A DNA stretch of 64,000 nucleotides from Phaeosaccion multiseriatum. Lineage: Eukaryota > Protista > Ochrophyta, other classes. Made by a program: the position numbers and the translations under genes. How positions within the stretch are numbered: the first letter of the stretch is position 1; every line of letters starts with the position of its first letter. Positions 28,461 to 40,948 of the stretch are shown in pieces. The stretch lies in contig OZ218950.1 in NCBI GenBank assembly GCA_965112735.1, positions 3,906,001-3,970,000 on the forward strand, given 5' to 3'. The notes beneath the pieces are model-generated. The model was not told where the DNA came from. It did not search any database and saw only the letters and a program-made list of their open reading frames with translations.

Positions 28461-28681
28461 GTGCTCTCCTTTGCTTCGATATCCCAAGAGAGAGAAGAGA
28501 GAAGAGAGAGAGACATCCGGAGCCCCCAACATCAGCGCCACGGCTTTTCGATTTCGTCTTTTCGCCCGCCCGGCTGATGATCCATCCCCTCTCTCGCTAT
28601 ACAACTTTGTGCTCCGACGCCGTTTACTTTCGCCTTGGCGCCAAAGCGGATGATGGCCGCCCTACTTGGCCCTACCTGACT

Positions 28682-28930
28682 TTAGCCCGACTTGTGCTTC
28701 ATAATGTACCATATTACCATGAAGGTAAAGACGATGAAGCCCACGAGATAGCACATGTGTTTGGAGCCTCCCTGAGCCATCATCACATTGATCTTACGCA
28801 CTGTGCTACCGAGCAGCCCCGATGCGTTGAACATGCTGTCGTCAAGCCCGTCCAGTAATCGATTTTGGCTCTCCACCTCCTGGTTAATATCAATCGTCAG
28901 GCTCTTCAACATGGAGACCTGTGTGTGTGT

Positions 28931-28975
<45 letters not shown>

Positions 28976-29163
28976 GTTTTAGGTCGATGTCCAGTGACAA
29001 ACAGAAGAATGAAGGGGGTTGGGGGGTGCATTGGATACTTAGTCAAGCTGAGTGGAGCTGCAGAGAGCAAGACAGCAAGGATCAGCAAGGGATGCGCGCG
29101 GAGAGTCAGCGTTCACTGTGTGAGAATGAGGCACGCAGCTTGAACCAACACCACCACCACCAC

Positions 29164-29206
<43 letters not shown>

Positions 29207-29315
29207 TAAGATTGTATCTAGCTCATCCGACCTTCCTCCTTCTCACCTGGTCACCAAGCTGATTGATGTGCTGATTGTTCCCCATCTCCATAATATTGCT
29301 ATTCGTTTCCCTCAT
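28682..29315 (-). CDS. BET1: BET1-like Qc-SNARE (ER-Golgi). Exons ~29315-29247 and 28918-28682; true start may lie further upstream
   Basis: NNQHINQLGDQ|VSMLKSLTIDINQEVESQNRLLDGLDDSM SNARE motif, followed by GGSKHMCYLVGFIVFTFMVIWYIMK C-terminal TM anchor. Confidence 0.85.
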
Positions 29316-29834
29316 TCGATCCGCTGGTGTTCCCCAAGCCCCGCCTCCTCCTCTGCTGGTCATGTTGTCCCTGTCCCGATTCCTCATCCAAAGAAGTGTC
29401 CAGGCTGTTCTTCCTGCTCACTGTCTTTCTCTATATAGTACCTGAAACAAAGGGCCCTCTGCTCCTTTCTGGGAAGTCCTCCCCTCGCCGAGAAACGGGA
29501 AGTCCTCCACGAGAAACGGGAACTCCTCCACGTTTCCGCCTATCTCTTTCCTTAAATTGCTTCGGCTGCTAGCTCTCGGCTTCCGATCCTTTGCTCGTGG
29601 TGTTGGTTCTTTGATGGTGTGCCTGAGCTAAGGCGTAAAACGTGTATGTATCGTATTCCGCAGAGCGAACACATAGACAGGGGGACGAGAGGGACGGGGC
29701 CAGTCCGATGCCATGGGATGCCATCGAAGAAAAGTGTTGCTTTTTTGCTTTTTGATCTTTGTTGTCGTCCCTTGCCCTACCCGCAGCTGCAGCAGTAGCA
29801 GCATAGAGTAGCAACCAGCAAGCTGCAAGCCCTT

Positions 29835-31407
29835 ATGTTCGAGCTACTCCGCGGCTGGCTATTTGAGCTGCTGTCTGCTCTCGGGCTGTACAACAAGACA
29901 GGTACTTTGGTGGTGCTCGGCTTGGACAACGCGGGCAAATCCACGCTGCTGCACAAGCTCGTGCACAACAAGATCTCTACGTCTTGCCCTACCGAGAGCG
30001 CACAGGTGAGCTCAGTGGCAAGAATACTCTCTGAGGGTCGAGAATCCTTGCAAGCCTAGACCTTCCATTTGGGCACACACCAACGGCAGTGGTGATCGTC
30101 CAATCTTTCTTTCTAATAGAAGACTTGCCTTTCTGCCTTTCCGCCCCCCCCTCGCTTCCTCCCCCCCCCCCCCCACCCCCTCCTCTCTTTCTCTTTCTCT
30201 CTCTCTCCTCTCTCTCTCTCCCTCTCTCCCCGTCAAACACACACTCTCTCTCATCTCACACACGTACCCTCCACCCTCGAAGCTGGAAGAGTTCCAATTA
30301 GGTGGCATCACTTTCAAGGCCTGGGACCTGGGCGGGCACGAGGCCGTGCGCTTCACATGGGCAGAGTACTACACCGCCGTGCCTGGACAGGCCGTGCTCT
30401 TCCTTGTAGACGCCGTGGACGAAGGCAGACTACCAGAGGCCAACTGGGAGTTCAAGGAGCTCATGGGCCAGGTGGGTGGGGGGGAGGACGGAGAAATGCG
30501 GAGGAGGGATAAACGGAGTGGATGGAGAGAGGAAGAGATGTGGCGGGGAGGGAGAGAGAGCGAGACTAGCGATAGGCGAGATGGGGAGGAGAGAGAGAGG
30601 AAAAGAGGAAGAAGGTAAGAGTTTCCTATGATGAAGAGGATAGATACCCTGGTTGCGGCTGCGTTTCGAACGTGTCCGCAGTCTCTCATCCCCACCCCGT
30701 CCCTCCCCCCGCACCCCACGCTCCCTATTGTCCCGACCTGATGGACCCTCTCTGTCCTCGTCAAAAGGTGGGTGAGGACCAGCCAGTGGCCGTGCTGTTC
30801 AACAAGTGCGACTCCCCTGCGGCCCTACCAGACGAGGTCCTCAACGCACAGGTGAGTGAGAGAGCCCCCACCCTACCTGACAAAGGGTGGCCTGTCTCAG
30901 GTAGGGTGGCCTGTCTGTGCATAGGCAAGACACCCTTCTTCTTGGGGCCACTTGCAAACTATCGTACCGAAAGAGGGCTTGGCGGTGGCGGTCCTTGGCC
31001 GCTGCCTTCTATCGGCCGCCTCCCTTCCTCCCTCCCTCCCTCCCTCCCTCCGTTGCTGCCTACTTTCGTCATCAAGGCGGGACCAGCCCGGTCCCTACCT
31101 CCTGTCGTCCCCTGAACTGCAGTGAATTGGTCCAGCTTCCACCACACACCCTTCGTGCTGCTTGATTGACTGATTGATTGATTGATTGATTGATTGATTA
31201 ATTGATTGACAGATTGATTGAATCACCTTTTATCTGTGATGCCCCCCCCCCCCCCTGCTGCTGTACCTCCTTATGCACGCGCACACGCACTGGCAGCTGG
31301 AGTGGCAGGCCTTTGAGCAGTCGCGAAATATCGCAGCCTTTCGCATATCAGTGTACGACGGTGTGGGCTATCAGGAAGCCATACAATACATTAGCCAGTT
31401 TATATGA
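29835..31407 (+). CDS. Divergent Sar1-like small GTPase (184 aa). Exons 29835-30005, 30283-30471, 30768-30851, 31297-31407
   Basis: N-terminal amphipathic helix without Gly2; G1 GLDNAGKST; G3 WDLGGH with the Sar1-type His; G4 NKCD; C-terminal GYQEAIQYISQFI. Confidence 0.88.
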
Positions 31408-32899
31408 GAGAGAGAGAGAGAGAGCGAGGCGGACGGAGCTTTCCTTAAGCCCCGACTAAACTACGAGCGTGTTTACAATGGCAAGAGGTCCTCACTCCCT
31501 TGAAAGGTCCGGAGGTTGGCACGATCATCAGCTCAGGAAGGAGGGCGGGGCGGGAAGGGGGGAGGGGGGAAGACGACTCTGAATGGGGTGAGCCAGAGCG
31601 CCATCCGAGAGAATTCTCCCATTGTGGAGCGAACGAACGAGCGAGCAGTGCTGGCCTGGAGGACTGCTGCCCTACGAGGGGAGGCGATGGGCGGATGGAT
31701 GGATGGAGACTAGAGCGTATGCATCTGAGGAGTCTTTCGAGGCCACGCACACACACACACAGGCCTCAAAACCCAAGATGCTAAGCGCAAGGACTTGGTG
31801 ATTGAGGCCTTGTGGCTCCGAGGCGGCATGGCATGGCACTAATAAGGCTCCCTCCCCAGCACTGCACAGAGAGAGGCTGGAGGAGAAATGGACTCTATCC
31901 GCACAACTCTACGCCGAAGACGCCCCGCTCCCTCCCTGAGAGAGACTGGACCAAGAGGCTGGAGTGGACGGGTGACGCATTGGACCGAATTTTGCACCCA
32001 TCTCTCCCCCCCACTACCCCTCGTGAGTGTGAGTGGCATTTCTTACCACCACGGGTTAGGCCGGAGACAAAAAGGAAGATGTGGGAACGTGTATGGTCTT
32101 CGGACTGGGGCATTTGTCTTTAGCGGATTGAAAGAGGAGCAGGAGCAGGAGCAGGAGAGAGGAGGACGAGAGGGCAAGGAAGAGTAACGGAAGGAATATT
32201 GTGCGAGACATGCAAAGCGAGGGCGGTGCGAGCGACACTCGTGCTGTATTCTCTTACGGAGTGCCACGAGTGAGCACGACTGACCTACGGCGGTGGCTCG
32301 CTCAAAGGATGGGGAAGAGAAAAGGGACCCTTTGCTGTCCAAAGGGACTTACACCCCTCCTCTACACGGATCCACCCCCTCCCTTGGGGTAGAGCGCCGG
32401 CTGTGGGCAAAGGACGCTGAGCTCGTCATTCGTTGGCGGCGGCGGCGGTTCTATCGGAGGCCATCGGAGGCTTCCCTTGCAGTCCGTCCACCGCACCGAG
32501 AAGAGGGCCCGACGAGACACAAGGAAGAAGCAGAAAGGTGCGCATTTGGCCGCTTCGCTTCTCCGCCCCCCCGCTCGAGGGAGGAGCTTGCTTGGAAGTG
32601 TAAATTGCATTTGAATTAGAGTAGGGAAAGAACGAAGAAATACATGAAACATACCCGTCAATTGAAATTTCTAATTTTGAACAAGAAGAAGAATTATACC
32701 TCCCTCTTTCTCCAACCCGCATCACCACCCTCCCGGGTTGCGCACATCTTCCCATAGGATTCTAAGACACAGCCTTACCCTTACGGAGTGGCCTTCTGGG
32801 GACGGGGGAGCGGTGCGCGAGAAGGGGTGCACCTACCCTGGCCGTGCGGAGCGTGGGTGTGCGCACTTCAAGTCCTGCTGCTGCCCCTGCCGCCGCTCT

Positions 32900-32932
<33 letters not shown>

Positions 32933-33057
32933 TGCTTCGCTGCTGCCGCTGCTGCTCCGTGCTGCCCCTGTTGGGGTGCCTGCTGTTCCTGCTCCTCCTG
33001 CTGCTGCTCGCTGCTGCCCCTGCTGGTGCACCTGCTGGTGCTGCTCCTGCTGCTGCT

Positions 33058-34821
33058 GCTATTGCTCTGTGCTGCTATAGCGCTGGAGCTGAGCGAAAGA
33101 TGAGGAGGCTTTCCCCGTCGAGGGGAGGGAAGTGTGACGGGACGCTTCAACCCGCAAATATGCCCGACTCGATCACTCGTTGGGTCCAGCCCCCCAAGTG
33201 CGGAGGGAGGGAAGGAGGGAGGCAGGGAACTGCGAAAAAGCCAATCGCGAGAGCACCACATGTCCGCCTCGCCCTTCCGCCTCCTTCTCCTTGTCACTGC
33301 GTCACCACCATGTCACCCTCCCTGCACCCCCTCCCCTGCTGCTGCTGCTGCTGCTGCTGTTGCGTGGTACCTGAACGATTTTGATGTGGGCCACATTGGC
33401 CCCAAACGTGGCAGAGCTCACGGTGTGCGACTCCTCCCGCGGGGCAGGGGCAAGGGCAGGGGCAGGGGCGTGCTGCCTAGCACATCCAGCAGTGTGCTGC
33501 CTAGCACATCCAGCACGCACTCGAGCCCCCTGGCATGAAGGTGAAGCTTCCTTCCGGCTCTCGGTGGGAGTAGGAGGCCCTCCTCCTCCTCCTCCTCTTC
33601 CTCCTCCTCCTCCTCCTCCTCCTCCTCCTCCTCCTCCTCCCCCACCTGCGTCTGCCTCCCCTGCTGCGGCTCCTCCCACAGTTGCGGGGCCCTCTGTTCC
33701 TCCTCCCCCTTGCGACTTGCGGAACAACCCCGGAAGAAGACGAGCAGCTACATCGGTTGCCGATACAGCAGCTGCAGCAGCGGCGGCAGCAGCAGCAACA
33801 GCCGCCGACGAAGGAGAGGACAAAGCAGAAGTAGGCGTGCTTCTCTCCCCCCCTGGGCGAACAGCGGCCGCTTCCGTCGTCTTGATCCCTACAGGGCGAG
33901 CCTCTGCTATTGCTGCAGCCGCCGCCGCCGCCGCCGCCGCAGCAGCAGCATTACCGTGTGCGATACACATACCCTTCTTCTTCCTTTGTTTAGTACAACC
34001 TAAGAGGGTGGGTGGATGGGTGGATGTGTGGATGGTTGGGTGGACGTACACGAGTTTACCAGGAGGAGGAGGGGTTGGGGTGGGATGAGTTGAGACTACT
34101 TTATTAGTCCAAGGCGTACAGGTCAGGGCGCTGTCGTTGCGACTCTGACCTTCCACAGAGCACCGCCGAACTTTCCCCCCGTGCGTCACGCATATCCCTC
34201 CGCTAATAGCCTGTCAGGAAGGAGGAGGCGGATGGAGGTCGCTGTCAGCACACTGTGGCAGCGAGCGCACCGAGAGTAAGACCAGAGGCTCTACTTGCTC
34301 ACACACCTGCTTGCCACAGTTAGGGGCGCTACACCTACGATTGAGGGGAGAGCCAAAGTGCTGTGTGCAGAGGCCCTGTAGGGCGAAAGCGTAGGGAAAG
34401 GCGAGCAGAGTAAGACAGGGGCTATATCGCGCACATGTTTTCCGTCATCCTGTAGTGTACGTACCTGTTTCTTGTTCTTATTCTGGCAGCCTTCGAACTG
34501 ACACGTCCTCTTTGCCCCGCGACTGCCGCTGCTCTTGTTCTTGCTGGAGGTCCCGCCTTCACCCTCAGGCACTGGAACGCCCGAAGCAGCTGTTTTGGCC
34601 ACTCCACACTGAATAGTAGGAGGGAGAGTTCTCGAGCCAGGCTGCAAGACCACCTCGTTCCGAGGGGGGGCATGGAGATACAAGGGTGAAAACACTCCCT
34701 CTTCTCTTACACAGGAGAGAAATGAACCCCCTCCTCTCACCACACCATCTCCTCCTCCTCTCACAACACCATCTCCATCATAGACAGCTGCACCATCATT
34801 TCCATTGTCTACTGTTAACAT
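33058..34821 (-). CDS. Protein with two C-x4-C...C-x2-H-G zinc-finger repeats ('WRKY19-like' type common in stramenopiles). Exons 34821-34465, 34210-34150, 33999-33371; last exon uncertain
   Basis: Spliced sequence CQFEGCQNKNKKQ|AISGGICVTHGG...CSVE|GCTKQRKKKGMCIAHG, followed by a low-complexity tail. Confidence 0.65.
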
Positions 34822-35317
34822 TTATCTTTTGCTTCGATAGCTGCTTTTTTTTTTGTGGGCACGTTATGCGTCTCTCACTAGTCGCCAGTTGTATTTTTTC
34901 GGCCATTTTTTCTCACTCAGTGCCACCACGGGGGGGACGCACGCCCACAAAACAAAACAGACACGAGCGAACGAACGAGCGACATTCACATTCGCCTTTA
35001 GACTTCGCACACGCGACCTGGGTACCTCACAGGAGGGCCAAGTTGGCCCAGAAGCATGTGGCATCGACCTATTAGGTCTATACTGCGTTTGAACTGCATC
35101 CTTTGGAGGGCAGAGGGAGAAACGCCGGTCTGTGCGCACAAGCGAAGTAAGGGGCGGGTAGACAAAATAACAAAATAATAATCAAGTACATTCAGCCTGT
35201 GGCCCACTTCAGGCCCACAGTATGTTTTCTCTTGTTGTAGTGTATGGCTTCCCCCATAAGCCAGAAGGGTTTGCCTGGCTTTTTCCCATACCCCAGAAGC
35301 CGCAAACCAGCGGTGGC

Positions 35318-37262
35318 CTACGGCCAGAAGTAAAACCTACTTGGGGCGGATTTACTCCTGCGGCGATCCTTCTCCTCCTCCTCCTCCTCCTCCTCCTCCT
35401 CCTCCTCCTCCTCCTCCTCCTCCTCCTCCTCCTCCTCCTCCTCCTCCTCCTCGCCCCCCTCCTCGCCTGTCAGGAGTAGAAGGGGGGCGGCGTGTTCGAG
35501 GGCGCGGGCCTGAATCTCCAGCGAGACGGCATCCGCGTCACGTTCGGACAAGTCAGAGATGCAGCACATCGGCATGGCGAAGGGCCGGACGTCTGACTCT
35601 CCTCCTCCTCCTCCTCCTCCTGCTCCTGCTCCTCCTCCTCCTCCTCCACCTCCTCCTCCTCCTCCTCCTCCTCCTCCTCCTCCTCCTCCTCCTCTTCCTC
35701 CTGCTCCTCCTCCTCCTCCTGCTCCTCCTCCTCCACCTCCTCCTACCCCGCCTCCTCCTCCTCCTCGCGCCGCGCCCCCAACCCCACCCCCATCCTTGTG
35801 GCCACGCTGCAGACAGTGCTTCCGCAGGAAGGGGCTGATGCACTCCGTCGCGATGAGCTCCCAATCCTCCACATCGTGGCCCCAGTTCAGCAGCACATTG
35901 AGCTGCTTGGCACAGGCAGCACTAGCCTCAAACAGCGCCTTGGCTTGGTGACAGGGCACGACTGAGTCCTTCTCGCCGTGTAGCACCAGCAGCGGGCACT
36001 GCGCCTTCGCAGCACTGCCTGAGTTGTTCCACGAGTGCTCGGCCAGGAGTGCTGCCACGATCTTCCTCGTCGGCCCCTGCAACGCCTTATTGCCCTGCCC
36101 CGCGGCCACGTCTGCGATGCTCGAAAAGGGAGCGATCAGAATCAGCGCGGCGGGCTGCATGGAGAGAGCAGCAGCTACGGCACCAGCAGTACCAGGACCA
36201 GGCGGAGGAGGAGTACCACCACCACCACCACCACCACCACCACCACCACCACCACCGTTTGTAGCGGTGGTGGCGTCTCTAGCAGCGACCATTGCTGCCT
36301 CGAGCTGCGTGGCCAATGTGGCCGCCAGAAGACAAGCGGGCCCCGAGCCGATGCTGTTCCCCATTATGATGACGCGTCCGCCCCACCCGAGCTCGTCAGA
36401 AAGGTACTCATACACGGAGAACACCGCCGCGTTGACGCCCTCTGGTGTGGGCCGAGGACTCCCCTCTGCCTCGACGTCCAGTCCGTAGCCTGCCGGCACG
36501 CAGCCACACACACACACAGAGAGAGAGAGTGAGTACGACCAGGGGCAGCGAAGTAGTACATGGGAGAAGAGGTGAAGGAAGCAGACGCGCTGGCTGAATA
36601 TGAGGTGAAGGAGGCACGACAGCTTAAGTTAAGACGTAAAGACCCCCTACCCTCCCCTAATCTGCGTCACACCTCGCACCTGGGTACTCGACCGCCACCA
36701 CATGCACCTTCAGCACTTCTCTGAGAAGGGTCAGATACTTCCGGCACCCTGCCAAATCCGTCGACGTGCCATGACAATAGAGTAGCACGTGGGAGGCCTC
36801 CCCACTCGGGGCCGGGAGTACCAAGCAGGGAGGTCGGCAGTCCCATTCGCTGTCCTCTTCCTGCTTCTCCTCCTCCTCCTGCTCCTCCTCCTCCCCAGCC
36901 CTTCCTCTCCTCTCCGGTCCCCTCGAGTCCTCCTTCCCATTTGCCTGTGGCGCCAAACGCAAGTTCGAGCCTCCTGCCTTTCCTGCATGCGGTTGCAGAG
37001 GTGTTGTCGACCTGTTTTCTCTCCCTTCTCTCTCCCTCTCCCTCCCCCCCCAAAGACCCCAATACGGTAAGCGTTTGGTGGTTCTCTCTCTTGCGGTTGC
37101 TGCTGATCTTGCTGCTCCTGCCCGTCGAGGGAGCCTGCGCTTCTTCCCGCGGGCGACTCCCAGCACGAAGAGCTCCCCTGGGAACGATCCAACACCGTAC
37201 CCACTCTCCTCCGGAGGCCTAAATGTGAAACCATCGACCAGGCGCTGCAGCCTCTGAAGCAT
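35318..37262 (-). CDS. Alpha/beta hydrolase, ABHD17/ABHD13-like. Exons 37262-36680 and 36489-35318
   Basis: FTFRPP, LLYCHGTSTDL, VVAVEYP|GYG, nucleophile elbow GNSIGSG, LVLHGEKD, WGHD (Ser-Asp-His triad). Confidence 0.88.
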
Positions 37263-37619
37263 CGGCCTGCCCAATGTCTTCAAAAAGAGTCCACGACTGC
37301 CCTCGCATGAAGGCCCTTCTATCTCTCGAGATGCTGCCTAATAGTAATGTAAGAATTTTCGTTTGTTGGCGTGTTGGTCATTCTTCTTCTATGTACCCCC
37401 TTCATTTTCCCCTCTTTTTTTTCCCTCCACACACCCACACACAGCACTGCACTACACTGGACGGAGGTCGAACTACGCGAGAAGGCTCAAGCTTTCCGTG
37501 GGCTGCGGCACCAGCAAGGTGTGGGGGGAATTAAGGAACTATTGTTTTTAAAAGTTTTTTTTTGAAGGGGGCAGGTAGGCAGGTCCCAATTTTTCAGGGG
37601 TCGGGGGTGCGAGGAGGGC

Positions 37620-38590
37620 ATGGGCGGCGCTGGAAGCAAGGGGCGGGGCCTCAATTGCAGAAAATCAGATGTGTCTCGTGAGTCCGTGGCGGATCCGGAG
37701 GAGGAGGGGGATCAGCAGCGGCAGCGCGAAGATCGCCAACTCCCCCCCGAGCAAGAGGAACTGAGCCCTGGGCAAATCGATGTGAGGAGCGCTGAAAGTG
37801 CTGCGGTGGTTGCAGCTGCCGATGCCATTGGTGCTACTCGTCGTGCTGCTTCTGTCGCCGGTGCTGGTGGCGGTGGGAGCCGTGAAGTCTCATCCTCTCG
37901 ACGGCGAGAGGAAGTTCCTGCAGAGGGGAGACGAGAGGGGCGCAGGACCGGGGGAGTAAGCCGCAGTGTCAGCAGGGAACTGGGGGGGGTCGTCGACGGG
38001 CACAGCAGCGGGAGAAGAAGGGGGAGAAGGAGGGGCAGGGAGGAGGCACACAGTCTTGTACGGCGCTCCAACGGCAGGGGCTTTAGAGTGGTGAGCCACG
38101 GCATCGGTGCAAGAGGCAGAGCGGGCACGGCAGACGACGCAGCACCAGGAAGAGGTCTGGGAGGTGGCGGAGCTGAGGATACTGGGGCTGGGCCGCCCCC
38201 AAGCAACGGTGGGCTCGGTTGGCCTCCATCCGAAGGCCCGGGTGCCGCCCTGGCCGGTGATGAGGTTGTGAGGTCTCGCCAGCGTAGCCGCACCTGGGCA
38301 GAGGGCAATACGCTTGCAAGCTATGGCGATGTGGAAAGGACCCAAGACCTCTTTGGGACTGCGAATATCGGGGTGAGCGTGGTACAGCTGAACCGCTGGA
38401 TGCTCTGTCAGATGAGAAGCACACCACAACATGAGGAGAAGGAGGAGGAGGAAGAGAAGAAGCAGGAGGAGGAGAAGCACGACTACGGTGACCATGGCGA
38501 TGTTGGCGAGGAAGAAGGGGAGCAGAAGCAGCAACAGGGCGGTGGTCGGAGAGGCCGAGGAGGTACGGGCGGGCGGCAGATGTCAATTGT

Positions 38591-38637
<47 letters not shown>

Positions 38638-40948
38638 AGCGCCAGCGGGAGCTCCTAAGCCAGACGCCGAGCCCCCGCAGTGGTCACACGGTATGCCGGG
38701 TCGGACACCGAGCCTACCTCTTCGGTGGCTGCGGCCAAGACGACCGGTGTCTCAACGACCTGTACGCACTCGACTTGGAGACGCTGCAGTGGCAAGAGGT
38801 GGTGTTGGGAACGGAGAGCGAGCCAGCACCCCCGGCCAGGAGGAGTGCCAGCATGTGTGACTTGGGGGACGGCAAGTTTCTCATCTCGGGCGGGGCTGGC
38901 GACGACCCGGATGACCTACGTGCCGACGTCTTCACGTTCGACACGTACACCCGCTGCTGGACCAGGCTACTGAGTGGTCAAGAGGCCAGGCCTTTCCGCC
39001 TGTGTGGGCAGAGCGTGGTCACGCATGGCGGGATGTGCTACTTCTTTGGGGGCAGCACGGGTGTTCAGTACAGCAATGCCGTTCAGGCGTTGGACATTCG
39101 CACCAAGACCTGGCGGACGCTGACGACGACCCTTGCCAGGGGGAGTAGGGGCCGGAGGCCGAGTCCGCGGTATAAGCATCAGGCCTTTGTGAGGAGCGGC
39201 TGCATGTACGTCCTTGGAGGGGGAAGCTTCAAGCCGCAAGTGGTAAGCTAGGCAGTCAGTCAGTGAGAGAATAGAGGACGTTGAGGACAACTTGTGAGTT
39301 GAGTGAGTGAGTGAGTGAGTGAGTGAGTGAGTAGAGCAAGAGCAAGTGAGTGATCTGAGTGGTCCAGTATCCTTTCCTCGTCGCCACCACCTTCTCTCTC
39401 TCCTTACCCGCCCCTGCTCTCTCCATCTCTCCGTCCACCCCTCCGGCCCCTCCTACCATGTGGCCCACACCACCCCATCCTCGACGTTACACCCAGGCCC
39501 TCTTGGACCTGTACAAGCTCAATCTTCGCACGCTCGAGTGGAGCTTTGTGCACACCAAGGGTAAGGTGCCGCGAGCTCGAGTCGCACACAGCTGCAGCTA
39601 CGACGACTTTGACTACAGTAACAGCAAAGGCATAAGCAGCAGCAGCAGAGGGAGGAGGAGGGGCAGGGAAGGAAAAGAAGGAGGAGGTACCGTGTACATT
39701 TGGGGGGGCTTCACAGCAGACTTGAAGTGCGTTAAGCGGAGCTTCCATCGACTGTGCATGGACACGCTGCGTTGGACATCGATACGGCCCGTCAAGGGAG
39801 ACTTTATCCCCTCTGCTCGCTCGTTCCACGCCAGCATCTTCCACAACGGGGGCTTCTACCTCTTCAGCGGCAGTAACGGCACGGACAAGTACGCGGACGT
39901 GTGGAGGTACCGCGTCAGAGAGAGTCCTCCGTCGCTGCTCACGTTGGTGGTACGGGCGATTCACGCGCACGAGATTAAGTTGGACGAGATGGAGGAGGAA
40001 AAGGGCGAGGAGGCGGCGTCGGCGTTGGCGGCAGCGGCAGCGGCGGAGGCAGCAATGGTGGAGGAGCAGGCAGCAGCGGAGGCAGCGGATGCAGCAGCAG
40101 CAGCCATACGGGTGGGGGAAGAGAGCCTGGAGGGGAGGAGAGGAGGGGTGGCCGTGGCGGAAGGAGGCGGCCGGGGCAGCAGCAGCAGCTGCAGCACCCG
40201 GAGAGGCAGCAGCAGCAGCAGCCAGCAGCTCTTCCTGAGCACAGCCTTGAGGATGAGGAGGTTCAAAAGGCGTCTACCCACCGCCTCCACCCTCAGCAGC
40301 AGGGGTCGAAGTACGGGTCGCAGTAGCAGCAGGGATAGCAGGAGGAGCAGTCGCAGTAGAAGCAGCAGCACCAGCACGGCAGTCGAGTCAGCCACCTCCA
40401 ACGACAACAGCAGCAGCAACAGCAATACCATCGCCATCACCACCGCCACCGCCACCGCCACCGCAAGTGCAAGTGCTGATGGCGCGAGCAGTGGCAGGAG
40501 CAGTGGCGGGGGCCATGGCAGGAGCCACAGCTTTAGTGTGGGCGGCACCAACTACCGCGACAGCGACGGCAGCACCATCAACTTGAACATCTTCAATAGC
40601 GTCGGCTTCCTCGACAACAGGCAACAGCAAAGAGGAAGCGAGCAGCAGCAGCAGCATACGCTTGCAACGCTTGCTACGCGTGACCACCGACGGGTGCGAA
40701 GCCGCAATAGTTTCTTCGACGACAGCAGCAGCGGCGATGGCAGCGACGGAAGCGACCAGGACCAAGATACAGGCGAGGAAGGCAGCAGCATAAGTACAGT
40801 CAATACCGATGCAGGGCTCTGCAGCGCTGGCGACGGCGGATTCGAAGAGATGGATATGGAGACGGTCAGGGCCCCGATGGCCTCTCTGCCGAGAGAATTA
40901 CGGCGGGCGCTACGGGGGGTGAATATGGTCGCGGATAAGGTCATTTAG
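37620..40948 (+). CDS. Kelch-repeat protein (KLHDC10-like), putative Elongin-BC/cullin substrate receptor. Exons 37620-39242 and 39497-40948
   Basis: Six kelch blades (PSPRSGHT..LFGG, PPARRSAS..ISGG, CGQS..FFGGSTG, PSPRYKHQ..VLGGG, PRARVAHS..IWGG, PSARSFHA..LFSG), then PPSLLTLVVRAI. N-terminal MG. Confidence 0.85.

Noticed and set aside
31408-32760. Short ORFs between the Sar1-like gene and the zinc-finger gene
   Set aside because: No motifs or convincing exon chain; left unannotated.
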